A DNA stretch of 64,000 bases. It comes from Epiperipatus broadwayi (taxonomy: Eukaryota; Animalia; Onychophora). Below are positions 52,601 through 64,000 of the stretch, piece after piece; position 1 is the stretch's first letter; each line of letters opens with the position of its first letter. The translations under genes were made by a program, and so were the position numbers. The notes below the pieces were generated by a model. That model worked only from the letters and a program-made list of their open reading frames with translations. It did no database searches and had not been told where the DNA came from. The stretch spans positions 186,001 through 250,000 of the forward strand of contig JAQFVV010000008.1 of NCBI GenBank assembly GCA_028023455.1. The letters are read 5' to 3'.

Positions 52601-54841
52601 TTTTAACATTTACCAATTTCAAATTTAATCTGCAAGTGAAAAAAATCCAAACATTTAGGGTTTCCCCCCTCTAAATTTAGTATATAATAGCAATGATTCT
52701 TAAAATAAATTATACAAATCAACTATTAGAATTGTAAATACAAATTCAATTTAAAATTTTAACTACCTATTTATCAGCATGTTGATTCAACAATATTTTT
52801 TTTAATTCCAAGTAATTTTCATTCCAGTATTTCTTACTTACAGCGTTTTTTCCCAATAATGTTATCTTAATTATTTCAGATTATTTACAGATTTAAAATA
52901 TTTGCAACACAAAGACAAGATTAAATTTACAATTGAAATTTATTCTGCATTACTCCAATTTGATGAAATTTCTTTTATACTAGAACTAGGCCACAAATAG
53001 CACAATTTTTTCACTTTCTTTTACATAATTTTTTTCACACACTTGTATAAATTAAAAACAAATTTGAACAAATATATATATATATTTTAGCATTATATAT
53101 TTTTAATATAAACTGACAACTCAAAAAAAAAAAAAAACCCAAGTTCTTACTAATTATACCATAAACTGCCAGAATATAAAAATTTTAACCAAATCTTTTT
53201 CCTGTAACAAAGTAAAAAGGAAAAAAAAGAAAATGTTACTGAATAAAGAGTTAATAATTTATGGCATTATGGCAAGAACTTTTTAATGACATCATACAAT
53301 GAAGTTAAATGATAAAAACAAATAATACATTAAGCATGATTTAATACAAGTGTACTATACTTGTCTAAATATTGGTTACTTTGAGGCAAGGTCCATAAAT
53401 GCAAAACAATATTCGAATAATATGTTGAATATCAATCAATTACTTAACTATTTTTTTAATATTAATGCCATATCTAAAATGAACATTCTTCAAATTGTTA
53501 AAAAGGCTTCACTTTTAAAAAAATAAGATTATCACTTATAATATTGAATAAACCAATCTCAACAATGCTAAAGTATATAGTGAAATAAATTTTATTCCAT
53601 TTATAACAATGTATTTTTAATGTCAAAAATCTGGCCCCTTTAAAAATACAAAAAAAAAAAAAAAATAGTATACAAAGAAAGGTCCTTGAGAATATTTACA
53701 CATTACACATGCTGAGTATATATGTAAATATAACATCAATTATAATAATTCATAAATAATTTAATCTTTTAAGAAATAACTAAAACACAATATCTAGTCC
53801 ATAACATTTTATTTCTTCACAGGTTTCAGATTGCACACATATTCCCCAAATTAAAAAAAAAAAAATACAGTAATGTACAATAACAAGTAACATATTAATA
53901 GGGAAAGTGTTCTAATTCTTTTTGTTTTTTTTAACTAGATTTTTAAGCAGTTTTGTTAAACCAAGCTTACGTGATATGGGGAAAATTGAAACTTTCCAAA
54001 TACAAAATAAAGGCAGACACTTTCTCTAATAAAAAATAATTTAAAAAAAAATATATAAATTTATATATGTATAAGAAAATCTCACAACTGAATGCATAAT
54101 TATTCTACATCCTTTTTTTTTCATAGTTTCAAGTGGAAAATATTGCATTTTATAAGACAATTATATTCTCTGATAGACACAATACATTGTATATCTGGAG
54201 AAATTTGTGGAATTGCAGCCTGGGGGAATAATACTCTACAATTCTAACTAATTCATAATTCAAATGATGTGCTTTTAAAATGGAAAGACCATTTTTTATA
54301 ATATATATTTTTTATTTATTTAAAATGAATCGTGAAAACATTTTCAAATTTCACACACATACAGAAGATACATCTGACATGGGCAAAATACACAAACTTT
54401 CTTCACTGCAAAAATAATGCATTTTGTTTACTTCCTATTAATATATATACACATATTTCATAATATTTATCCCCTTATTTCTATTAAATCAATTTTGTTC
54501 CTATAATGAATTGTCAAGATATATGTATATATATATTACACTTTATTATAGACATTAAAACAATTTATATTAACAAAAAAAAAAAAAAAGAGCGAAAGTA
54601 TTTTTACAATAATTTTAACAAGTTATTATCAGCATATATGAAAACATCTCCCGAATATCAAAAATGCTGATATCCTGGAAATGCTAACAAAATCACTTTA
54701 TAGCAAAGTCCCTTTTTTTTATTATTTTTTTTTCTTCTTTTTGTTCAACAAAACATTACAAGACTGAATAGAATGTATCCCCACTGCACATGATCTACAC
54801 AATAATCTCTCCTAAATGGTCAAAAAGACCCATTGGAATAT

Positions 54842-55046
54842 TTATTTCGTTGAGAGAATCAAAGCTACAATGAGTCCATAAAGACCCAAGACTTCTGCAA
54901 AGATGAGAATAAGAATCATGCCAACAAAAAGTCGGGGCTGTTGTGCTGTTCCTCTAACCCCCGCATCACCTACAATACCAATGGCAAAACCAGCTGCCAA
55001 GCCACTAAGTCCAACACTAAGACCAGCTCCAAGATGAACAAAGCCT
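54842..55046 (-). CDS. ATP6V0C: Last coding exon of V-type proton ATPase 16 kDa proteolipid subunit c
   Basis: Poly-T/AG acceptor at 55047-55048, then (R)[67 protein letters not shown], including the conserved glutamate in FAEVL. Confidence 0.97.
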
Positions 55047-55195
55047 CTAAAAAAAAAAAAAAAAAAAAACACATTTTTTCATGCAAATTTTTTTAAATGC
55101 TAATAATATACACATATTACTTATTATGTGGGATAAAAACTCAAATTAAGTAAGTGTTTCTGTTTGTTTAAAATAATCTAAATTTTATAAGAATA

Positions 55196-56161
55196 CACCT
55201 GGGTCTCGTTTTACGCGATAGATAGGTTCCTCAGAAAACACGCGCAAACGAAATTGTGCAAAAATAGATGTAACTTACCTTGAAAAGGGGGGGGATATGG
55301 ACTGTGATTTTTCAAAAATCACATAAAAGCAAAGCACCAACGTAAAATTACTTTAAAATTTGCGCAAAAAAAAAATAAGGAAATAAAATGACTAATAAAA
55401 AATTTCAAATTTGAAAAAAATTGATACAAGACAAACTTTTTTTAACTATAATATTTAATTTTATTCAAAACAATATATTTTTATGCATAATTTACAGTAA
55501 TTTACATTTTTTTATACATGTTTTAATTATTTTCGCCATTTGCCGATAAACAGGTTCATTTGCAAACTGGTAAAAAATCAGATTCTTCACAAGAGGAAAT
55601 ACAACTAGCACCAACGTCACTCTCATGTTGTGTTAATGGTTTTCTAGTAACAACGTAATTAGTAATTAATCTAACAACTAAAAATTAAATTCTTATTTTT
55701 GTCTTTAATTTTTTAATTTTCAATTTTAATTGTGCCCACTGCTATTACTCACCTTTTAAAAATAAACTTGCGGACACTAAATGATTAATAATTGATTATG
55801 TTTTTTTTTAAAAAGCAAAAACAGAATGTGATTTAAAATGCAAAATTAACACGCACAATGTTTGAACAAATTTACATTATAATCTTGTAAAATTTAATGT
55901 GTGTATACATAAAATGTGGAAATAATGATTTTAAGTTCATTATTGCTTAAAATCTTACTATTATAAAGCACTGAAAATATTGAAATTACTAAAATGAAAG
56001 TCGAATTCCAATAATGTGCTATTACTTTCAATATGACGTAAGTGCGCAAAATTTATTATTTAAAGTAATAGTGCATTATCTGAGTTCGACTTCCGGAGAA
56101 AAGTGAATCGTGTAACTTCAAAATTGCGTTAAATAAATCCGCGTAAAAAGAGATCCAGGTG
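55196..56161. mobile_element. pogo/Tigger-like non-autonomous element, copy 2 (intronic in ATP6V0C)
   Basis: Same TIR and internal sequence as 32181-33048, with more CpG retained; it lies 150 bp from the splice acceptor. Confidence 0.9.
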
Positions 56162-59100
56162 ATCTCTATATCTGTGTTAAATACAATATATGTTGAGTTT
56201 TGCATATGATTTTAACAAACTTTATGTTAAGATTGCTCTGGAAATTTTTTTAAATAATCTGTTTTTAAAAAAATTTGTAAAATTATATCACCATAGATAG
56301 TATGTCAATCATTAAATTGAAACAACGGAATAGTAAATAATAAAATGGATGGATTCTATCATTATTTCTTTTGAGCAATATGAAAACACTGCGAGATAAT
56401 AGGTCATTTGGAGAACAGCTATTCAACTGATGAAAAAAATCACTATTGACTTGATTGCACCTTATGCATTCAAGATATGGCTCTCCAGATTAAAAAATTT
56501 CATGCACCATAAATTTTGAGTTTGCATATATATACACACAGTAGAAGTTTAACAGTATAACATAACGAGCCATGTTCATGACATGGATTAGAGTCCAAAT
56601 GAAACATGGAAATTTACAGAGAATTGGAAATTTTAAGCAGGCAAACCTAAGATTTTTCTTTCAATAGCTAGTTCATAGTAACTTTAATTATTCTTTGTCA
56701 ATAGAAACATCAATTAACTACTAAGTAAAACAATAATGGGAAATCACAAAATTTCTCAAATATGCAGCATTAGCCTTGTAAATATTATCTTCTCTAATAT
56801 TTCCCTGAAGTTATCTGAAAAAGCGTTTGGATTGACAACCTATTTGAAGTTGTTTTAAATTTTATCTATATATACATGCATATGAATGTTAAAACTGTCA
56901 ATTTCTAAATAGGAAAAAATAATTGTTTGTTCCATGTATTTAATATAATTTCATATTCAAATAGTAAAATTTAAGTTTATTATTATTATTAGTTCAACAT
57001 TATGATAATATTTGGCAACTGGAAAATGGTACATTTAGCTTTTTTTAAGAACATAATATCAACTGTCTTCTCAGCATTTTTTTGTCAAGATTATTAGCTG
57101 AAAAGATTTAAACAATTCTAATTTTGATTGTTTAATTTTAAAAAAAATATTATTTAGCATTATATAAAGAATACATTATTTGTAAAAAAACTAATTTAAA
57201 CTTTTCAATTCTAAATATATATTTTTAGTTATAGGTGAAATACTTATTCCAGAATTTTTAGACTTGTATTTATCAAACTTGCAATTTCAATGGATTGAGT
57301 AAACATAACATAATTCACTAGTGAAAATTTAAATAAAAATAACTATTAATCTTAATGTCTATAGTTTAGAATATATATTTACAAATATGTTCCATAAATT
57401 AAATTCTTTAATAATAATATAAAACCGTTTAAAATAGATGTTTAATTTTAAATTTATATATCACTTACGAAATAGATATAAATTTTAAATTTAATTAAGT
57501 TCTGATTTATTTATAATATTCTTTAATTAAAGACATGATAATCTTTCAACTTTTAATTTTTCACTTCTTTGCATCATGACTTGATATTTCAAAAAATTAT
57601 AATATTCATTCATATTTCAAATATATGGCATAGACATTAGGAAGAAAAAACAAAAACATGGTAATCATTCTTAAAATGAACTTTAAACTATCATATTCAA
57701 ATATATATAATTCTAAAAATATAAGATTGCAGTAGTACATGAGTATAAAGAAATTAAAGAATAAATGAAGATTATCAAATCTCAAAAAAGGATATTATAT
57801 AGATATTTGATCTTTATGAAATTTTAAATTTATTTCTAAGGCTAAATGACATGCAAAAATCATTTATATATTTAAATGAGTGATAGTTGTGAATAAGTGC
57901 TTGTTAAAAAAAAAATACAATAAAGTAAATTTGGATGGTATTTGATAAACTATATGAGGCTTGACCTAACAAAAAAAATAGGTTGGTTATTAATTAAAAT
58001 ATACTGAAGGAAATTTTTTGTTCAATTTCTTTTGGAAAAATATACATTTTTAAAAAAAAAAACAAGGTAAAATGTAATTTTAGCTATAAAGATCAAAGAA
58101 TTTTTTTTTTTTAAAAAAAAAAAATTAATACAATTTATAAGTAGAATACAAATGCAAAGCCATTGGCAGTGATAGTTTAATATTTATATTTCCTTACTTT
58201 TTCTTTCAAAACAAACATTTATAAGTTTAAACATAATTAGTCAAACTTCACACTATAATAAATATATATGACTATTTTTTTAACATTATGAGGTGGTGGA
58301 TAGCACAATATTAAAGCATTTGCCAATGCTACATATATATGCACATGTAAATTAGATGTACACCTAAAAGCACTGGTGCAATCCATAATTTTTAGTTTAT
58401 CTTGAATGACATAAGAAACTAAGAATAAAACCTATAATGAACAGAATATGTATAAAGATACATATTACTTAACTGCTTCCAGGAAAAGAATATACAATCA
58501 TGTTATTATTAAATAATAAATCAAATTAAAAAATCTATCTTTATCATGGTGTATGAATTTTCTATGATTATAAATGAACTGCAGGCAATAGATGAAACCT
58601 TTCTTTTGAAATATTCTACAAGTTTAATTCTTCAAGTTTAGAATAATTATGACTGTGCTAATTGCACTGTTCTTGATGAATTTAATGGTGTTCTATACAG
58701 GTGGAATACTATTAGTCCAAACAATATAAATTTGTGAATTTCTTCTTTTTGAATATATGGCATCACAAAAATTACAAATTGTATTGTGCACAAGGTGAAT
58801 TGTTAAAAAATGAGATCAAAATGTGTTTATTCACATATTATGTGAATAATTGCAATAATACTGATTCTTAATTAGAAAAGACATATAAAACCATAAATTT
58901 ACAATAAACTTTTTTTCTCTAAGTAAATAAAGCATAATACAGCAAACGTTTCTAATAACTGGCATTTTTATATAAATTATTATAATGTATCAAAAAACCA
59001 AGCATTCAAAACTGAGTTGTTAAAAAGGTCAATTATTCTTGTCTGTGAATGAAATATAAGGATAAAAAAGACAGTTAATTGTCATATAACTTGGTCATTT

Positions 59101-59733
59101 TTATTGTTAAATCACAATTTGTGAATCAACAATACAAAAAAGATGCAATTTTCATTATCAAATTTTCTGCTATATAAGCAATGTAAAATTTCTTTCTATT
59201 TAAGTAAATATAATTAATGAATTTAAATTTACATTCAATTTTTATTTAATTAATTTTCTTAAATAATATTCACTAATTATGGTAATAAAAGATATTTAAT
59301 TTATCTAAAAAATATTTTTGTTCAACTAATATTAAATGTATATATACATTTTATCTTTTTTATAAGCAACAAACATAAGAATATTTTTTAAAAGTAATTT
59401 TTCAAATCCATAAAATTTCTGTACTGATTTTTGCCTAATTGTGTGCTAATTTAATAAATAATTACTTTTAATAAAAATAAGTTTTTGATTAAAAAAAACT
59501 TTGAAATTTAAATTGCAACATCAAAATCAATTCCTATAAATAATCGCTCAACAAATTAATTTTTAAATTAGCCAAATAAAATTCAGACTATGTGCTTCAG
59601 CTATATGACTTCAAAATGTTTTGTAAAATTGATTAGGAATGCCAGTAAATGTATTTTTTTTCTAAGTATTAAAGCCAACATTTTATTCTTTATAAATAAA
59701 TAAAAAAATAGTATAATATTCCTAACAAATTTC

Positions 59734-61103
59734 AATTGTTTTACAATAGCGTGTTGAAACTGCCGGAGGGCGGGGTTGGTTTGTAAACAAAGATAAATCA
59801 TAATGTTGCCAGGGCCGAGTTTCTTTTTTTTTTGGTTGGCTTTGGTTTTTTTTGTTTATCACATTTATAAAAGTAATATCGAATCAAATTTTTTAAACAC
59901 AACCAAAAAAAAAAACAAATGCATAAAAAAAATTACAAATAAATGAATTTACAAAAAAAGTACTTAATTTTTTTTTTTTGATTCTTTTCATTATTTATAT
60001 TTTCAAAGGGGCCAGGGTTTTTTTTTTTTTTCGGTCTATGTATTTTTTTGTTGTTGTTTATCACATTTAAAAAGTACGGCAGCTATCAAATCGATTTTGG
60101 CAAACCCAAAAAAAAAAAAAAAAACATCAATTAAAAATGAATTTTAAAAAGTAGTTACCAATTTTTTGTTTGTTTTTATTCTTCTCATTAAACCCTTTCT
60201 ATTTTCGGTTCGGTATTGTACGACAAAAAAATCAGCCAATTCAACTTTTTTTTTTCTTTTTGGTTTGTTTTGTTGTTTTATTTTAATAAATAAATCACTT
60301 GTCCGTTTAACGGTAACATTTACAAGCCAAAGTCCAACTTTGGGAGAGGGGGGAAAGGAATGGGGGAGGGTGTTTCCAATTGCTAACAGAATGGAACGCC
60401 AACAACCCGAAGGTTGACCAAGTTTTGACGGTAATTCCCCAAAAAACCATCAATATATACGGCAATTAAAAGCAACTTTTTGGACTCTTCAGGGAAAAAA
60501 AAACAGCAGGCATGCAGCTTCAAGCTTGTTTTGTTTGATAACCCGGTTCCACCAGCCATTCGATTAATCAGCTCGCAGTTGTTCTCGCACCAAACGTGAC
60601 TTAGAGCATGATTTGATAGGAATCGCGCTTTTAACTACACTTGGCCCATTTTTTCGGCAGGAAATGGGGACTAGGGAAGCATGAGACTCTGCTGATAATT
60701 GTTAGTAGACCTTCCTAAAACATGCGAGATAGAGGGGCAGGTGGTCTTAATGAATATTAAAATAGTTTTGACAATCGGAATTCCAGCCACCCTCAGACAA
60801 TACTGTAACCAAAAGTGAAATGTGATCGCACATCCAAAATGCTTAGCACAAAAAATCTGAGCTGTAAGCTGACACGATAGCTTCTGCGGCAGATTGGCTA
60901 AATGTCATGTTTCTGTGCATTAGCGTAGAAATAAACAAAGCAGCCGGTAACACCCCCCCCCCGTATCAACGGACTATTTCTAGGCTTACGCATTAGAAAT
61001 AGAACGTTCGATAGCGGCGGAGGCCACCTAAACGGCATATTTCTGTGCGCTATCATAGAAATAACGCCCTCCGGTGGTTTCAACACACTATTGTAAAACA
61101 ACC
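59734..61103. mobile_element. Non-autonomous TIR DNA element with 8 bp TSD, superfamily unresolved
   Basis: ~38 bp TIR TTGTTTTACAATAG(C/T)GTGTTGAAAC(TG/CA)CCGGAGGGCG; CAAATTTC at 59726-59733 and 61104-61111; CpG-rich; internal ~200 bp duplication at 59810-60150. Confidence 0.8.
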
Positions 61104-64000
61104 CAAATTTCTAGACAAAGCATTAATTTAAAAATTATAACTAATATTTTTTCATTTATTTTTACAAAAAAAAAAGATTCTAATAAAATTCCAGAAGTTA
61201 TTAGCATCCATCACAATTGTCAAATTTTTCGGTTTATACAATCTTAAATATAGTAAATTTATCAGACATAATTTCCATATATTATATAATTGTGCAAAAA
61301 TATTAATTGCTCAAACGCATATTATGGGGAAACGAGAAAACCTGTTCACAAGACTAACCCAACACAAACTACTTGTATAACAGGGTAACAAGAAACGAGT
61401 ATGAGCTTAAGTCAGCCATGAAATTGATTTCTCCAAAACAGATATATTATGCACTGAAAGAAGTGATAGAAAAAGAAAAATTAAGGAGGCATAAAGTATA
61501 GCCAAAGACAAATGCATTATAAATAAAAAAAAGCCAGCATCACTTTATGTAAAAAATGACCTCTCTAACAACATTTACATAAATAATTTAGATAAAAATA
61601 AGAAATTTAACTTTATATAAATCTTACAAAAAATAAGCAAGTACATATAACTACAAAATTAGCAAGATTAATTCATAAAGCTATGATTATGATACTTCAA
61701 GTATCAAAAGCACTTAACTTGAATAAAGATATTTTAAACTTAATGTATGCTTTTTCTGCTTTAAATGTTTTAAGATTTATTTAAAATTACAATCTTGAGT
61801 ATAGCAATTTTATCAAAAACATAATTTTATATACATGGCATATTAACATTTTAATTTTATCAAAGACAGAATTTCATACACAGCTTCTTAAAATTTTTAT
61901 TTATCAAGACAATTTCATATGTATGGCATCTCAACATTATAAATTCACATCCATATGAATATCAGTTCATTTGAATGCTGCTTAAAAGATGAAAAAAAAG
62001 TATCACATAATTCTCTTAACTTATGCTTAGCATCTGCAATAAATCAATAATTAAAAATCATTACTCTGTACTAGAGTTATTTATGTAGCAATTAAAAAGT
62101 GTATTAGCTTCTAACTACTGGCTTTTGCTAGTGAGAGTAATGGTTTGTACTTATTCATTCTGCAGTCATCTACTTTTATTTTATTTAACATTAAGGTGCT
62201 AACTGCTTAAATAGCAGGAAAAAATAAATGTGCTATTTTATTGCTCCCATAAATAAGGGCCAATCATCAGATACTTATCTGAAATTTTATTTGTGCTACC
62301 ATTTGATGTTTCTAAATTACTCATGCTTAAATAGATGACTATAGATACTACTGTTAATGCAAATATTAAACGTAAGTTAGGAAATCATATGAGGTGGTTT
62401 TCTTGGGTGTAAATTATTATTTTTTGGAAACATAATCTTTAGTATTTAACATTAGCAAAAGAAGCATGGTATTGAAATATAATTGCTTATCTATTGTCAA
62501 AACTACATAACTATACAATAAAATGGATTCAAAACGTTATGGTGATGGCATCTTTCAAGCCATTGGTTTAAATATAATGGAAGAACTAAATTTGGTTGTT
62601 ATATGAATATATGACAAATGCCAATGGATATAAATTAGTTTTAAAAGGTAGTTGGTATATGATAGCTGATTCTAGAGTAGAATTTTGGTTGGCATATGGT
62701 AAATAATTCTTGACTAGAGTTAATTACCACTGATAATGAAATCAACTATTTATTATTAAAATTTATTAAGGGTGTTAATGTTAAGTACACATAAATGTTA
62801 AATCTGACTTTTATAATCACCTGGTTTATTATGTTATAAACAAAAAGAAAACAAAATTATAATTTCTTTTTGGAAGAATATAATTTGCATTTCCTGACTT
62901 AGATTTAATAGTTGAATTTCAAGTTAATATTTTCAAATAAAACAAATAAAATTATAGCTTACTTCAATTTATGGTTACTCATGTTTAAGAGCTTGGCCCA
63001 ACTGATGAAGATTATTTAAAGCTAGTACTATAAGCTTTCAAAATAATTCAGAAGTTGAATTTGTTTTTTCCAAATATGTAATCTTTATGAAATCTAGCTA
63101 TTATCAGATAGTGGATAAAGGTATTAATTTGTGTTGATCATATAAATATTAATGTACTGATTATAAAACAGTATTACAAATATATGACTTTGGCCAATAA
63201 AGGATGAGACTTTAACTTCTTTCTTATGCATAGCACTTCAATAATAATAGCTTTCAATTTTTTGCTTAGTCATGTTTGCAAAATATACAAAAAAAAACCT
63301 TGCTATCCCCATGTTTTACATAAGAATGTAGATGATGTTCTATAGTTTTTAACAACAACAAAAAAAAAAATGGCAATATAGAGAAATTTACCTATATATA
63401 ATGCTAGTTTTCATATTTATTATATTTTTTTAAATAATTATACTATTGTTATGAGCAATCTAGAAATGCCAAATGATAATTACTAATCTAATCATTATAT
63501 AATATAGTCTTACTTTTTGGATTAAAACCAGAAATGTGCAGATAATTATAGAATCACATTTATCCTGATAGGTGGAAAAGTCAATGGGACTGGAGACTTT
63601 AAATTTATAACTGTTTGCTATCTTACTCCAATAATTATTTATGATATTGACATCTGTTCAAATACTACTCATTGCATGATCCCGAATAGAATTTTATGGT
63701 AAATTGATCTGTAACTACACAGATACAAACCTAGTGTCAAATCTATATAACTATATAAACAAATCATAAAATTGATTTGTTTATATAGTTTTAGCTTAGA
63801 TAATATAGTAGTTGTAAAACATACTACATGATGCAAATCTCATTCTTAACTATGAAGATTATAGAACAATGAATTTATCAGGTAGCTAAGGAACTATCAA
63901 GAATTTATACTTGAAAAACAATTTAGATTTAGCATGGTTAAAGCAGTAATTGGCCACTGATGATCCACACATCACGAGTGATCTGCAAATGCATTTGCGA

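Noticed and set aside
60905-61065. Repeat-spacer pattern as a CRISPR or integron-like array
   Set aside because: Only three short degenerate units, a eukaryotic context, no cas or integrase gene, and it lies inside a TIR element.
62990-63065. GGCCCAACTGATGAAG followed by a long hairpin
   Set aside because: It resembles the family-X 5' half, but is followed by GAAG, with no stem III or cleavage triplet; at best a decayed remnant.
63950-64000. CTGATGA followed by two small hairpins at the window edge
   Set aside because: No GAAA is present and the sequence is cut off by the window end.

Overview
AT-rich, CpG-poor, repeat-dense window from an animal genome, probably an invertebrate with large introns. 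Only two host coding exons are recognisable: the last exon of TRAP1 (+, 38233-38334) and the last exon of the V-ATPase c subunit ATP6V0C/vha16 (-, 54842-55046), which converge on each other. The rest is a transposon mosaic: a nearly full-length frameshifted RTE LINE, decayed RTE, L1/Tx1 and I/Jockey-like LINEs, a DD34E Tc1/IS630-like element, a hAT-Charlie element, pogo/Tigger-like MITEs and a long (TTA)n tract. The main observation is at least two unrelated short tandem-unit retroelement families carrying minimal type I hammerhead ribozymes (retrozyme-like). Family X has a ~445-475 bp unit (plus a ~350 bp diverged member), 8 hammerhead copies plus one half copy, and a downstream tRNA-like A/B box. 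Family Z has a ~425 bp unit with one intact GUC hammerhead at 31094-31140 (-). Several insertions have 13-17 bp target-site duplications, internal inversions and circularly permuted unit boundaries, consistent with retrotransposition from multimeric or circular RNA. A third, 338-bp family shares this architecture but has no canonical ribozyme that I can fold. All calls are by eye; no database search or folding program was run, and boundaries of decayed elements are approximate.
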